DNA from: Octopus sinensis
Taxonomy: Eukaryota
Assembly (NCBI RefSeq): GCF_006345805.1
Contig: NC_043011.1
Coordinates: 36,158,464 to 36,222,463 of the forward strand
Reading direction: 5' to 3'
Length of the DNA stretch: 64,000 nucleotides
Numbering within the stretch: the first letter of the stretch is position 1; every line of letters begins with the position of its first letter. Of the stretch, positions 49,289-62,240 are shown in pieces. The notes under the pieces were generated by a model that had not been told where the DNA came from, did no database searches, and saw only the letters and a program-made list of their open reading frames with translations. The position numbers and the translations under genes are program-made.

Positions 49289-50554
49289 TAGATGACAAAA
49301 ACAAATGATGCCAAGTGCCATAAGAGATGAGGATAATATACACCACTTTATCACAATTTTTTGAAAAGATTTGACTACAGAAAAAAAAAACAGACTGCCA
49401 GTTGAGTAAATATAACTAGTATAACTATAATGGTAACAAACTTGACTGTGTATGTTTCCATAGAGAAGAAGCATAATGTAGATACAAATATTTATATTTT
49501 TTGTTTTATCTTTAAAGATGAAGGCAATAGCCTGCAAAAGGTTAATCTTAAAAAGAACAATGTCGCTTTTAATATGGACACGGACAACGAGAATGACAAA
49601 TCAACGAGTAGAAGAAGAAGAAGAAGAAGAAGAACAAGAACAAGAACAACAACTTCAACAAAGAATTTAAGAAAAGTACTTGTTATCAATACCGAGCTAT
49701 TGATGTGTTAAGGTAAGCTAGAATAATCTGCAATGCGAAAGGAGATAAAGAATGTTTTTAGTAAATCAAAATGCTGGGGAATTCTCTTGACGCTTATTGC
49801 AACAGTTGAAGTTTGGTTGTTATCTTTTCACAGTTGTTAACTCTGTGAATCGATCTGCTGCTCACAATGAACTTATTCCTAAATATTTATTTATACAGCC
49901 CCATTTCATTCCAACCCATTCCGTCATTCCTTACCGAAACCAAAAATTACAGACTTTTGTGTTGGTATTGATGTCAAGAAAGATCAATAAATGGTTTATG
50001 CCGGAGCATGTCAAGCTTTTTATTCCCCGCCGCCGATATATCAGCAATACAACAACTAAAATAATGTAACCATCACAACAATTACAACCACAACAACAAT
50101 AAACACCACCAGCTCTCAATAAGCAGTTACTTATTGAATGAGGAAGTTAATAACACGAGATACAATTTCAAGATTGTAACGGATGATGATTAACAATTTA
50201 ATTCTTCACTTCCAGTTTTTGTATGGAATGATGAGAATCTTGAATAATACCGTTTTCTATCTCATAATCTGGGATTATGCCATTTTATACCATAATAATC
50301 TTGGATCACAATATGAGAAGCTATATAGTGTTCCAACAAAGAAGTTAGATGATTTATTTGGTGCTAATATATCATACAGTCATGCTGGCAGGACATGTTT
50401 TTACTATGATGTCCAATCTATCTGGGATATTTACTCGACATGATAAAAAAAAAATATGCTATAGAATTTATTAATGATCATCATGTAAACAAAACATAAA
50501 TCATCATCATCATCATCATCATTGTCATCGTTGTCGACGTCGTCGTTGTCATCA

Positions 50555-51275
50555 CCATCATCATCAACATTTAATGTATGTCTGTTTTTCCACGCTGGAT
50601 TGGATGGTTTGACTGGAAAACAGACAATGAAACCTGGGGTGGCCTCTGGCAAGGCCAGGGGCTGCACCTGGTTCCATTCTCAGTTTTGGCTTGGTTTCAA
50701 CTGCTGGATACCCTTCCTAACACCAACCACTCTACAGAGTGTACCAGGAGCTTTTTACATGGCACCAGAACCCATACCAATGCTTTCTTGTTTCTTTATT
50801 GCCCACAAGGGGCTAAACATAGAGGGGAAAAACAAGGACAGACAAAGGGATTAAGTCAATTACATCGACCCCAGTGCATAACTGGTACTTATTTAATTAA
50901 CCCCGAAAGGATGAAAGGCTAAGTCAACCTCGGTGGAATTTGAACTCAGAATGTAGCGGCAGATGAAATACCACTAAGTATTTTACCCGGCGTGCTAAGG
51001 TTTCTGCCAGCTTGTGGACTCTATAATACTAATGCTTTCTGCATGGCACACCATGATAAACATTTCAAATTTTGGTACAAGACCAGCAATTTTAGAGGGA
51101 CAAGGTCAGTCAATTATATTGACCCTAGGGTTCAAATGGTACTTATTTATGACCCCCAAAAGAATGCAAAGTAAATTTGGCCTCAGTAAAATATGAACTC
51201 GGATTAAGAAAGAGCTGGAAAAAATGCCACTAAGCATTTTATGGCAGGCTAACATTTCTGTCAGCATGCTGCCTT
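50555..51275 (-). mobile_element. Family C copy (50555-50785) followed by two SINE family B copies (50790-51013, 51060-51275)
   Basis: Family homologies. Confidence 0.8.
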
Positions 51276-51300
51276 GAATGAATAGCATAATAATAATAAT

Positions 51301-51679
51301 AACAAGAGAACTTAGAGAGGGCAAACTTCTGCCAAGGCAACACGAACGTTCTCTCAATTATTAGGCAGAGATGATTTTTAAAATGAAAATATCTGAAATA
51401 AACTCGACTGCTCTCACAAATGAGAATACTAAAAATGAACCCGCCCACTCTAAAAAATTAAGTAATAAAACAGGAAAAATAATCCATAATCCTTGTCCGG
51501 TACTGGATCGATGCCAAAATCTAATCAGTTTGTGCCAGTCACAAGGCCAAATATCCCTGAAAGATTCATCAGAATCCCTTGAGTGGTTCTTGAGATATCT
51601 TGTCAATGGACAAACAAACAAACAAACAAAAAACATGACTGAAAACTATACCTCCGCTTTTGCTAAGGCAGAGGTAATA
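51301..51679 (-). mobile_element. Helentron/DINE-1-like non-autonomous element
   Basis: Minus strand starts TTATTACCTCTGCC..AGCGGAGGT (subTIR plus IR), has (TTTG)n, ends GGCAGAAGT subTIR plus short palindrome and TT. Confidence 0.6.
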
Positions 51680-51697
51680 ATGATAACAATACTAATA

Positions 51698-52255
51698 AAA
51701 TACCCTGATTCAGTACCAGGCAGTGACACTCATGGCTTTTGATATTAACTGATTGGAAGTGTTATCATGTATATTGTTTTGTCTTGGTATAAAAGATGGT
51801 CTACGGCAAATATTCTGCTCAATACCACAGATTTGCTTATCAGTTGTTTGACCTTTACAAGTTGAGCATGTTCCTTAGTGTCTGCAGTTATGAGCATCTC
51901 TGATCACAAGCAGAAGTAGTGGGGAGCATCATAGTCATGTGTTGAAAGGGATTCTTTGGGGTTTGGATAATTCACCTCTGGAAACATGCCTGTTTGGTTC
52001 AACATCCTTATACAACTCTTATTCAGGGACCTTTTGAGCAGGATGTTCTACTGAACTTGAAGAAAATTCTAACTGGGCCCCCACCTGCAAGGTCATGCGC
52101 TGTTTATCTTTATATGATATCGCCATGTCACACACATATGGTTGTGATGCATGTGCCTGGTGTACCCTTATCAGGTGGGTAGTCAGGATGAATATAATGG
52201 GTTTTGTATATTTTACCACAGTGTCACTTTGATGGCATGCACTGCTCTCTCACTC
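51698..52255 (+). mobile_element. TAA-associated non-coding family E (~560 bp)
   Basis: Direct homolog at 53915-54406; both end GCACTGCTCTCTCACTC-(AAT)n. Confidence 0.85.
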
Positions 52256-52276
52256 AATAATAATAATAATAATAAC

Positions 52277-52352
<76 letters not shown>

Positions 52353-52353
<1 letters not shown>

Positions 52354-53352
52354 TTGGGTAGGTACATCAAACAGCAGAATGAATCCTTGCTTGCTGCTGT
52401 TAGAATTAACAATATAATACCTACCGAAAATGTGATACACCCACAAGCATTTAAGCATGAAGAAGAAAGAATAAAGAACTGGAAAATGAAACCACTCCAC
52501 TGCATGGGCAATACCTCAGAGAAATTGAAGGAAAAGACAAGATCAACACTTGGAGATGGCTAAGAAAAAGTGATCTGAAAGGATGCACTGAGGCATTGAT
52601 ATGCAGCACCCAGGAACAAGAACTGAGAGCTAATTACACCAAGTTCCAAATAGATAAGAATAGCAAACTGCCTCTTTGTAGGATGTGTGGCAGCAGAAAC
52701 GAAACGATCTCACATATTGTAAATGAGTGTAGCAAGCTGGCTAAGTTCATCCATTGGAAGCTATGTGAAAAGTACAGCCTGATCAGAGTGCGGAAATGGT
52801 ATGAATAGGAACTAGAAGGAGTCACTGAGAGCAAGGGACACAAGATACTGTAGGATTTTGCAATCCAATGTGACTCCCTAATCAAGGCTTGGAGACCAGA
52901 TATTGTTGTAGATAAAGGAAAAAAGGAAACCAAGGTCATAGTTATTGCAATACCTGGAGATGCATGCATAAATGACAAAGAACTAGAAAAGATTGAAAAG
53001 TGCAGACTATTAAAAGACGAAATTGCAAGAATGTGAACTATGAGGAGAATGTCTGTCATTCCAGTAGTCATAATAGCACTTGGAACATTAACAACCAAGT
53101 TTGAGAAATATGTTAAAGAAATTGGAATCGACATGGGAGCAGAGCAAGCCCCCAAAAACTGCTCTGCTGTGGACAGTTAGGATTTTGAGAGTGGTACTTG
53201 GATGTTGAATGTCTCCCGTGTTAATTAACAACCGAGTATCAAAGCTTATAATATGCGGAAAGAGACCCTGTGAAACATCTGATAGCAGGCTGCTTTTCGC
53301 TCTCACAAAATCTACCAGAACAAACAAGACCAGATGTTCTGAGAAGTAAAAC
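52353..53352 (+). pseudogene. Second R4/Dong-clade LINE 3' fragment, flanked on both sides by (TAA)n
   Basis: WLRKSDLKGCTEALICSTQEQELRANY; CRMCGSRNETISHIVNEC; RPDIVV; VIPVVIIALG; 3' UTR then (TAA)n. Confidence 0.9.
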
Positions 53353-53409
53353 ATAATAATAATAATGATGATGATAATAATAATGAAGATGATAATAATA
53401 ATTATGATG

Positions 53410-53443
<34 letters not shown>

Positions 53444-53493
53444 TAATAATAATAATAATAATAATGATGATAATAATGATAATAATAATAATA

Positions 53494-53539
<46 letters not shown>

Positions 53540-53542
<3 letters not shown>

Positions 53543-53785
53543 TTCTAATATAGGCATAAGGTCTGTAATTTGTGGGGTGAGGGATAGTCGATCACATCGA
53601 CCCCAGTACTTGATTGGTACTTAATTTATTGGCCCCAAAAGTATGAAAGGCAAAGCTGACCTCAGCAGAATTTGAACTAAGAATGTAGCCACAAATGCTA
53701 CATTTGCTAACAAATGTAGTATTTCGTAGTATGCTGGATGAAATTGCAAAACATTTTGTTAGCATGCTAACAATTCTGGCAGCTA
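53540..53785 (-). mobile_element. SINE family B within (TAA)n
   Basis: Family homology. Confidence 0.75.
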
Positions 53786-53835
<50 letters not shown>

Positions 53836-53877
53836 TAATAATAATAATAATATTAATAATAATGATAATAATGATGG

Positions 53878-53913
<36 letters not shown>

Positions 53914-53914
53914 C

Positions 53915-54406
53915 ATCATGTACATTGTTTTGTCTTGGTATGGAAGAAGGGCTACAGCAAATATTCTGCTCAATACCACAAATTTGCTTGTCAGTTGTTT
54001 GACCATAACCAGTTGAGCATGTTCCTTAGTGGCTGATGATATGTGCATTTCTGATGATGAGCAGAAGTAGTGGGGGAGTATCATAGCCATGTGTTGAAAG
54101 GAATTCTTGGAGGTTTGGATAATTCACCTCTGGAAACATGGGTGTTTCATTCAACATCCTTAAACAACCTTTATTCAGGGACCTTTTGAGCAGGAAGGGT
54201 TATTTGACCAAAAGAAAATTCTAACTGGGCCCCACCTGCAAGGTCATGTGCTGTTTTTCTTGATATGAGATCACCATGTTGCACACATATGGTTGTGATG
54301 TATGTGCCTGGTGTACCCTTATCAGACTGGTAGTCATGATAGGTATGCTGGGATTTGTATACTTTACCCCAGTGTTACTTTGACAGCATGCACTGCTCTC
54401 TCACTC
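53915..54406 (+). mobile_element. TAA-associated family E, second copy
   Basis: Aligns to 51765-52255. Confidence 0.85.
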
Positions 54407-54458
<52 letters not shown>

Positions 54459-54867
54459 GCGCTTGCATCCATTCTAGTGGATTTGATGATATATGATTTC
54501 TGTAGAAATCATTTATCATCAAATCTGAAGAATCCACTAGAGTGGATGCAAGCACTAATATATGATTTATAAAAACATGTGACATATTAATAAATAGCTG
54601 TAAATATAAAACCATTCAGATTTCTGCGTACCTTATTTCTTCTAATATATAATACCTGTATGTCACCTCCAAACCTTCACCACCTGTCTTCATCTTTTGT
54701 TTTTTTCAGTTATTTGGTTTTCGTCACACATGAGGAATACCTAAGACTACCGGCTATTTGGGAATTCTAAGGGTGAACAAGCTCTATTTGTGCTCTTATA
54801 CATTCTCAAAAGAACACACCTCAACTATATATATTTATATAAATATATATTTATATATGTTTATATA

Positions 54868-55388
54868 TTTGTTGTGCAAGATTTTTTATGTGAAGTCGTG
54901 TGTTGAAACAGACATTGTTGTATTTCGGAATGGTCATTTTGCCAGTTTAGCCAATAAAAACACACGCACTATATATTTGGTTTTACTTTGCTTCAGTGTC
55001 ATTTATTTTTTATATTAATCTTAATCTTATTTATACACGGACGTATATAAACAGAAGATACAAATATTACAGGCATCCCCCCACCCACACATACACACTA
55101 ACTAAACATAGATGCACATAGAGATATACGCATGCACAAATGAAGACACATACAATAGAAATACAAAATGGCTGACGGTTAGTAAGGAGAGACACACAAA
55201 TAAGAAAGAAGAAAGCAAAGGACCACTGATGTGGTCACAGGAGTGTGAGGAAAGAACTCTGGCCGAAATAAGATTAAGATTAATGTAATAAATAAATAAC
55301 ACTGAAGCAAAGTAACACCAAAAATATAGTGTGTGTGTTTTTATTGGCTAAACTGGTAAAATGACCATTCCGAAATACAACAATATAT
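54868..55388. mobile_element. (TA)n-embedded fold-back element, same family as 27202-27483
   Basis: 54913-55032 inverted at 55266-55387 around a ~235-bp spacer. Confidence 0.8.
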
Positions 55389-55406
55389 TTATATATATAT
55401 ATATAT

Positions 55407-55735
55407 AATAATAAATATTAGGGAATAAATCCAAATTTACAGGGAAAAAATCAGATTTAGGATTAAATCCAATTTTATAGTAAAATATTATAAAATATTA
55501 TTAGAGACAAAACCACTATTTTGCAAAACAAACAAGGAAAGACTTAATCAATACATAAAATTTTAATAAATAGTCAAAAAAACCGCCACTACAATTGTTT
55601 CTTGTCTTGATCGACAATCTTCAGGTGGACTTCCAATAAGTCAGTTTCAAATAAATTTGACTATTTATTAAAATTTTATGTATTGATTAAGTCTTTCCTT
55701 GTTTGTTTTGCAAAATAGTGGTTTTGTCTCTAATA

Positions 55736-55745
<10 letters not shown>
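55407..55745 (-). mobile_element. (TA)n-embedded fold-back element carrying a hammerhead
   Basis: 55489-55578 inverted at 55657-55745; left end homologous to 57459-57545. Confidence 0.8.
55586..55628 (-). ncRNA. Minimal type I hammerhead ribozyme motif
   Basis: CCAC-CUGAAGA-UUGUC-gaucaa-GACAA-GAAA-CAAUUG-UA-GUGG; all three helices pair, GUA site. Confidence 0.8.
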
Positions 55746-55786
<41 letters not shown>

Positions 55787-55836
55787 TATATATATATATA
55801 TTATATATATATAAATATATATACATATATATTATA

Positions 55837-55878
<42 letters not shown>

Positions 55879-56148
55879 AATATATATACATTTTATAAAT
55901 GAGGGCAAAGGAAAACATTTCTAATGCCAAATATGCCGAAAAATTGGACATATTGTCCATTAACCATATAATATCTATTTCCCTCCCTGTCCACTTGTCT
56001 CCTCATCTTTTTTCACAGATAATTCTACATTTCTGTTACCCCCTACCCACCCACCACTCTTCATATTAGTTATTCTTTATTCTTTTCTTTGTAATTCCAT
56101 CTAACATTTCTTTTGCTCTCCTTCTTTTTCTCTTTACCTTGTGCCTCT

Positions 56149-56179
<31 letters not shown>

Positions 56180-56390
56180 ATTTTATTCACCTCTTCTTAC
56201 CTGGTGCTCTTATATATTTACCAGCCTTCAAGACCTGGCCGTGACCACTCATTTTGTTATTTCAACTGACCTCAGTCTTGCTTCTAACACCCTTCCTCTG
56301 CCCACTGCCCCCACTCTTTACTTCCTTTCACACCATTTACCTCACACACCACTCACACCTTCTCTTCCTGACTTTTCCGTCTTCTTCTTC

Positions 56391-56426
<36 letters not shown>

Positions 56427-57395
56427 CCTATCATTTATTTTAGCTTTCACTTGCAATTTTATGACCAAAGTAATAATACATCTATGTAATTCCCCGCCAC
56501 CACCTCTGTCTCTTCCGAAGAACAAATGGCCGAATTATTAGGTACCTTCCCGTCTTTGTCAAATCAACTCAGTGAACTTTTCTAAAAGCACTCCTACAAG
56601 TAGCACATTAATTAGTAGAACTCCACCAAGTTATTCTTGGCTTCTTCTATAGAAAGATGTAAAAAGGCCATCGGCACTAAAGCACCTTTACTAAAATGTC
56701 TGGCAAAAGAGCATGGATTTTAGAATAATTGCATCTTTAAGTGAGGGAAGGAATGGATACTGTCACCTAGTCAGATAGAAAATGATAATTCTTTTCATTT
56801 TATCTTTTGAGATAAAATAGTTACTTTAAAGTGAAGTATCTTCAGTCCTGAAAACTAGAAAGTGTTTATTATCCTATTTATTATGTATTTTTCACATTTT
56901 AAAGAAGAACGCATTGAAATCTAGGAAAATATGACTTCTTTATTTACTTTTTATATCAACTTTCATAAAGGTTGAGGCACAAATGAGTCGAGAGAGTGGC
57001 TAAACGTTAAAACAAACAACAGATGTGTGTAGGAGGAATGACCACTGTGTTGGAACATGGATATGTGGTATGAATGGACAATTAGCGTTGGGTCATGATG
57101 ATAATGACAGAAAAACACTCCAAACACATGGAAAGAAATGATAGAACTAAGTTCAGTTGAGAGGACACAAAACTGAGGTTATAGATAATCTATGAATACA
57201 GCAAAGCTGTCCAAAGCCTACAAACATGGAAAACTGGATGTTAAAATAATGTTGATGATGACAATGATGATGATGACATCTTTATTAAAGAAATACAATT
57301 TACCAAATTCAAAGAATGTGGTGGTATGTTGGACTAGCTTTACTCATACCTGTATAACAATTCTATATTGTATTATAATGTGCTTATAGTATGTA

Positions 57396-57458
<63 letters not shown>

Positions 57459-57464
<6 letters not shown>

Positions 57465-57812
57465 AAATATTAGGGAATAAATCCAAACTTACAGGGAAAA
57501 ATCAGATTTAGGATTGAATCCAATTTATAGTAAAATATTATATTATATTAAATTAGAAATAAAACTACTATTAGGCAAATCATGCAATGAAAAACTTAAG
57601 CCAATACATAAGATTAATTAATTTATATTATTTAAATATATATCAAAATTATTAAAAAAGATAATTAATATAACACATTATATTAGTTATCTTTTTTAAT
57701 AATTTTGATATATATTTAAATAATATAAATTAATTAATCTTATGTATTGGCTTAAGCTTTTAATTGTATGATTTTCCTAATAGTGGCTTTATCTCTAATT
57801 TAATATAATATA
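57459..57812. mobile_element. (TA)n-embedded fold-back element (~135-bp arms), relative of 55407-55745
   Basis: 57539-57672 inverted at 57677-57812. Confidence 0.8.
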
Positions 57813-57829
57813 TATATATATATATATAT

Positions 57830-57984
57830 AGCAAGAAGAAAATGGAGGGAATCCAGATGTAGTATTCATCAGCTGTTAGACATTATATTATGTCTATTTA
57901 TTTATTTATTGCAAACAGTTCTGATAATATATATATACATGTTTAAAGTACTAGTAATTTGTAGAATAGAAATTACTGGTACTT

Positions 57985-58018
<34 letters not shown>

Positions 58019-58288
58019 CCGAACTGTTTTAAATAAATAAATAAATAAATAGACATAATATAATGTCTAACACCCAATGAATTCTACCTCTGGATTCCCC
58101 AATTTTCTTCTTGGCATATAAATTAAGGGTAAAACCACTTATTACCCTCACTTGGTTATTATACTCAGTAGTGTAGTTGCCACACAATAGCCAACACTTG
58201 TGTATTAATTAAGTATTCTACCAGCAGTATATTGGATAGATACTATCCCTTAGTTGGTTGGATTCACAATCTCTAACTCACTTTGAAA
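57830..58288. mobile_element. (TA)n-embedded element with inverted partial copy, same family as 10327-10595
   Basis: 57831-57925 inverted at 58020-58114. Confidence 0.75.
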
Positions 58289-58304
58289 TATATATATATA
58301 TATG

Positions 58305-59034
58305 CAAGGTGATTGAAAAGTAACTCCCTATTTTAAAATACTTGTAATTTATTTATTAACTATAATTTTTAGGAAAAAACGAATATGTGAAGAAAGTGTA
58401 TAGCATGGAATTTTATTTAAAATTTGATATAGGCACCAGCATTCACCACCAGCTCCTGAAGCAGCCTAGGAACCACATCAACTGATTTCATCAGGAAGTC
58501 TTGTGGAATGAAAGACATAACTTCTCGTATTCACCCTTCAAGTTCTTCCAAAGTTATTGGTTTGGTAGATAAGACTTCCTCCTTTAACCAACCCCAAAGA
58601 AAACAGTTGCAGGGTGTTAAATCAGGGCTTCCGGCCAGCCGGTCATGTGGATCTTGATGAATTGGAAGGACGACCACTTCAAGTATCAGCTACAAATCCT
58701 GTAGTCATGAATTTTGCATGGCAATTCTTGATTATCTTTGCATCAACTTGAGCATATCTTCCTCTAATGGTCCTCCACCATCTTTGCACTTGAATGACTG
58801 ACCTCCAAACTTCGTAATGTGCAGCTGGCTGGGTACACTCCTGCACAGCAAGACATCCAGCCATGTTTGTAGGGTTTCTAAATTTTAAACAAAATAATCA
58901 TTCTGAAAAAAATAACAGCATGGAATCAATTCCCATACATTAAAGAACATACACAACAAATTTGAGAAAAAAATTATAGTTAATAAATAAATTATAAGTA
59001 TTATAAAATAGGGAGTTACTTTCCAATCACCCTG
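58305..59034 (-). mobile_element. Internally deleted Tc1/mariner element with ~65-bp TIRs
   Basis: TIR CARGGTGATTGRAAAGTAACTCCCTATTTTA; N-terminal SVIQVQRWWR..FMTTGFVAD fused to GSPDLTPCNCFLWGWLKEEV. Confidence 0.85.
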
Positions 59035-59565
59035 TATATATATATGCATTGTTTTCCGTTGTTTGGGGTTTTGACTTCCCTTTTTAGCATGTAAGTAGAT
59101 CACTTAGTTTTCTTCTCGCAGTGTATAAATTTTTATACATTCATATATATTATATAAAAATATTTATGTCTGCAGACTTTTTTTACGCATGCTAACCACT
59201 GGTATAAATTATTATTTTAATAATTGTTCCCCTTATTCTGTTGTGTCTGGGGAGGGTCATTTTCTTTTTGTACCTTATAATTTAATACACTCACCTGTAA
59301 AATTTCCAATCATTTCTTATTTTTATTTTCCTAAAATTTTCGTTGCATCTTGCAACCTTTTCAATAGTCTTGACTATTCCCTTTATGTTTATATATATAT
59401 ATATATATATACATATATGTATATATATGAGTGTATGTATGTGTGTGTGTGTGTGCCACTGTGTCAAATGACTATTTGGGCGCCTAAAACAATTAGTAAA
59501 AGCATGTTACAAAATTATCCACATTCATAGATGACACCTTTCGCTCTCCCTCTCTCTTGATAAAC

Positions 59566-59599
<34 letters not shown>

Positions 59600-59617
59600 G
59601 TAGATAGATAGATAAAT

Positions 59618-59838
59618 ATATTTCTTTACTACCCACGAGGGGCTAAACATAGAGGGGACAAGGACAGACGAAGGGATTGAGTCGATTATATCACCCCCAG
59701 TGCGAAATTGGTACTTTATTTATCGACCCCGAAAGGATGAAAGGCAAAGTTGACCTTGGCGGAATTTGAACTCAGAACGTAACGACAGACAAAATACCGC
59801 TAAGCATTTCGCCCGGTGAGCTAATGTGTCTGCCAGCT
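59618..59838 (-). mobile_element. SINE family B inserted in (GATA)n
   Basis: Family homology; GATA repeats on both sides. Confidence 0.85.
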
Positions 59839-59849
59839 CAGATAGATAA

Positions 59850-59990
<141 letters not shown>

Positions 59991-60329
59991 CAGATAGACA
60001 GATACATAGATAGATAAATATAAAGAGCCAGCTATCACACACAAAACTGTATGACCTGCTAACATGTAACATATTTTTACTAATTGTTTTTGAAGCCTAT
60101 GTAGTCATGAGCAGACATAGATTCTCTCATGATTCTCCCAGTGAGTGGCAGGTATAGGATATGACAATGAGAGTGAGAGAGAGAGAGAGAGAGAGTGAGA
60201 GCTACAGCAAAACTCAGCAGATTTTAATTTCCAGCTAATGGCTTGGAGGAATGTGAGTCAAACCCATGACATTATGAGTGTCAGTCAAACTTCTTGACCA
60301 CAAGGATACAAAACTTTACATTAACATAT

Positions 60330-60634
60330 AATTTTGTTGCTGTTTGTTCCTTCTCAAGCCATGCCTGGCTCATAAGGGCCAGTTTCCCGGTTTCATTGGC
60401 GTGTAGGTTCCCCACCTGGACGGGATGCCGGCCCGTTGCAGCTGAGCAGTCAAATGCAGGAAGAAAGAGTGAGAGAAAGTGATGGCGAAAGACTCAGCAG
60501 AAGTCCACCATTACCTTCTGTTGGAGCCACATAGAGCTTAGGTGTTTTGCCCATAAATACCTGGTCTGAGATTCGAACCCACGGTCCCTTGACTGCAAGT
60601 ACACTGCTCTAACCACTAGGCCATGTACCTCCAC
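60330..60634 (-). mobile_element. tRNA-derived SINE, family D variant
   Basis: TGGCCTAGTGGTTAGAGCAG...GGTTCGAATCTC head on the minus strand. Confidence 0.8.
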
Positions 60635-61245
60635 ATCAACATATAATACTTATAATAATTGTCATTGTATTGTTATGGTAATTCTCTCTCCGCTCTGAAC
60701 TTTTTACTCCATACAATTGTTATTTAAGCTGATTAAGCTAATTGTTCCCCCTAGAGACTCTTCATTGAATAAATCTTATATCCATGCCTAAATCTATGTA
60801 TAAATTATTTGTACTATAATACTTATGTTTGTTGTCATGTTCACTGAAACCAGCATTCAATAATTGCTTGCATTAATTAACCTCTTAGTGTTGTAGGTGT
60901 TAACACTGCAGATTATTCCATGGTTCAATTAAAATTTTGATTCAATGTGATTCTAAACCTCCAACTTAAATAGCTGTCTAACAGCAGTTTTATTGTATAT
61001 TAATAATATCATTATTGTTTGTATTGCTTCAAATGTAAATCTAATTATTTAAATTTTACTGATCATAAGATTTAGGATTCGATATTTACATAAAATTCTT
61101 TTTAAAGCAGCCTTTTAAAGTATTTCCATAAAATGAAGTGATGTACACATTTTTTTTTTAAAACTACCTTAAAACCAAATTAATATATTGGGTTGTCCGG
61201 AAAGTTAGTACTGATAATCAAAGGAAAGAGAAAGATCAATAAATA

Positions 61246-61457
61246 CTTGGGGGCACAAACACAGACACTCAAACATACACACACACATACATATATACGA
61301 CGGGCTTCTTTCAGTTTCCGTCTACCAAATCCACTCACAAGGCTTTGGTTGGGCTGAGGCTATAGTAGGAGACACTTGCCCAAGGTGCCATGCAGTAGGA
61401 CTGAACTCGGAACCATGTGGTTGGTAAGCAAGCTACTTACCACACAGCCACTCCTGC
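61246..61457 (-). mobile_element. SINE family A, 5' half
   Basis: Family homology. Confidence 0.85.
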
Positions 61458-61580
61458 TGTGTAACATATTTAAAATTATTAATGATACAAAGATTAATCA
61501 TGATGTACTTTAAGTACAAGTAATATATTTATAATTTCAGAAATTTTCCCCTTTTTTACTGTTGCATTAATATATTAATT

Positions 61581-61585
<5 letters not shown>

Positions 61586-61615
<30 letters not shown>

Positions 61616-61691
61616 GTTTAACGTCCGCTTTCCATGCTAGCATGGGTTGGACGGTTCAACTGGGGTCTGGGAAGCCTGAAGGCTGCACCAG
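61586..61691 (-). mobile_element. Family C 3' end
   Basis: (CAT)n-CGTTTAACGTCCGCTTTCCATGCTAGCATGGG. Confidence 0.8.
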
Positions 61692-61729
61692 TTAATAATT
61701 TGCTGAGCAACAATATGGAAGCATTAAAT

Positions 61730-62240
61730 TATAAAAGAAAAGACAAATTAAAATAATAAACAAAAAGAGAACAAATAAGCACCATAAACAGATGAGGAAG
61801 AAGACAAAAGCAAGACAAAGGAAAAGATGAGGAAAAGATATAAAGTAGTAAAGAAAATAGATAAATACAAGAGGAAGAAGATGCAGACGATGAAAAATAG
61901 TATGGAGTGATGAAGAAAATGAGGGGTAAAAAGTTAAAGTAGAAAGATAAAGAAGATGAGAAACAAAAAGAAAAAGAAGACAAAGATGAGGAAAAATACA
62001 AGAATAATCAAAATAAGTTAAAGATAAAGATGTAGACAATAATGAAGATGAGTATAATGAAGAAAAGGAGGAAAAGAATCAGAAGAGGAGAAATGTAAAG
62101 AGAATAGAAAGAAAGAGAATAGAAGAAGAAGGTAAAAGAAAAGGGAAAAGAAAAATATAGAGAAGAAGGAAAGTGCAGAAAGTAAAAGGTTTGAAAGAAA
62201 AAAAAGAAAGGGAAAAGAAGAAAGAGAATTTGAAGAAATT
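61730..62240. repeat. Purine-rich (A/G) low-complexity tract
   Basis: Composition visible directly. Confidence 0.85.

Noticed and set aside
51698-54406. LTR retrotransposon (two direct ~500-bp repeats around an ORF remnant)
   Set aside because: No TG..CA ends, PBS or PPT; interior is a non-LTR REL fragment plus a SINE; shared TAA targeting explains the layout
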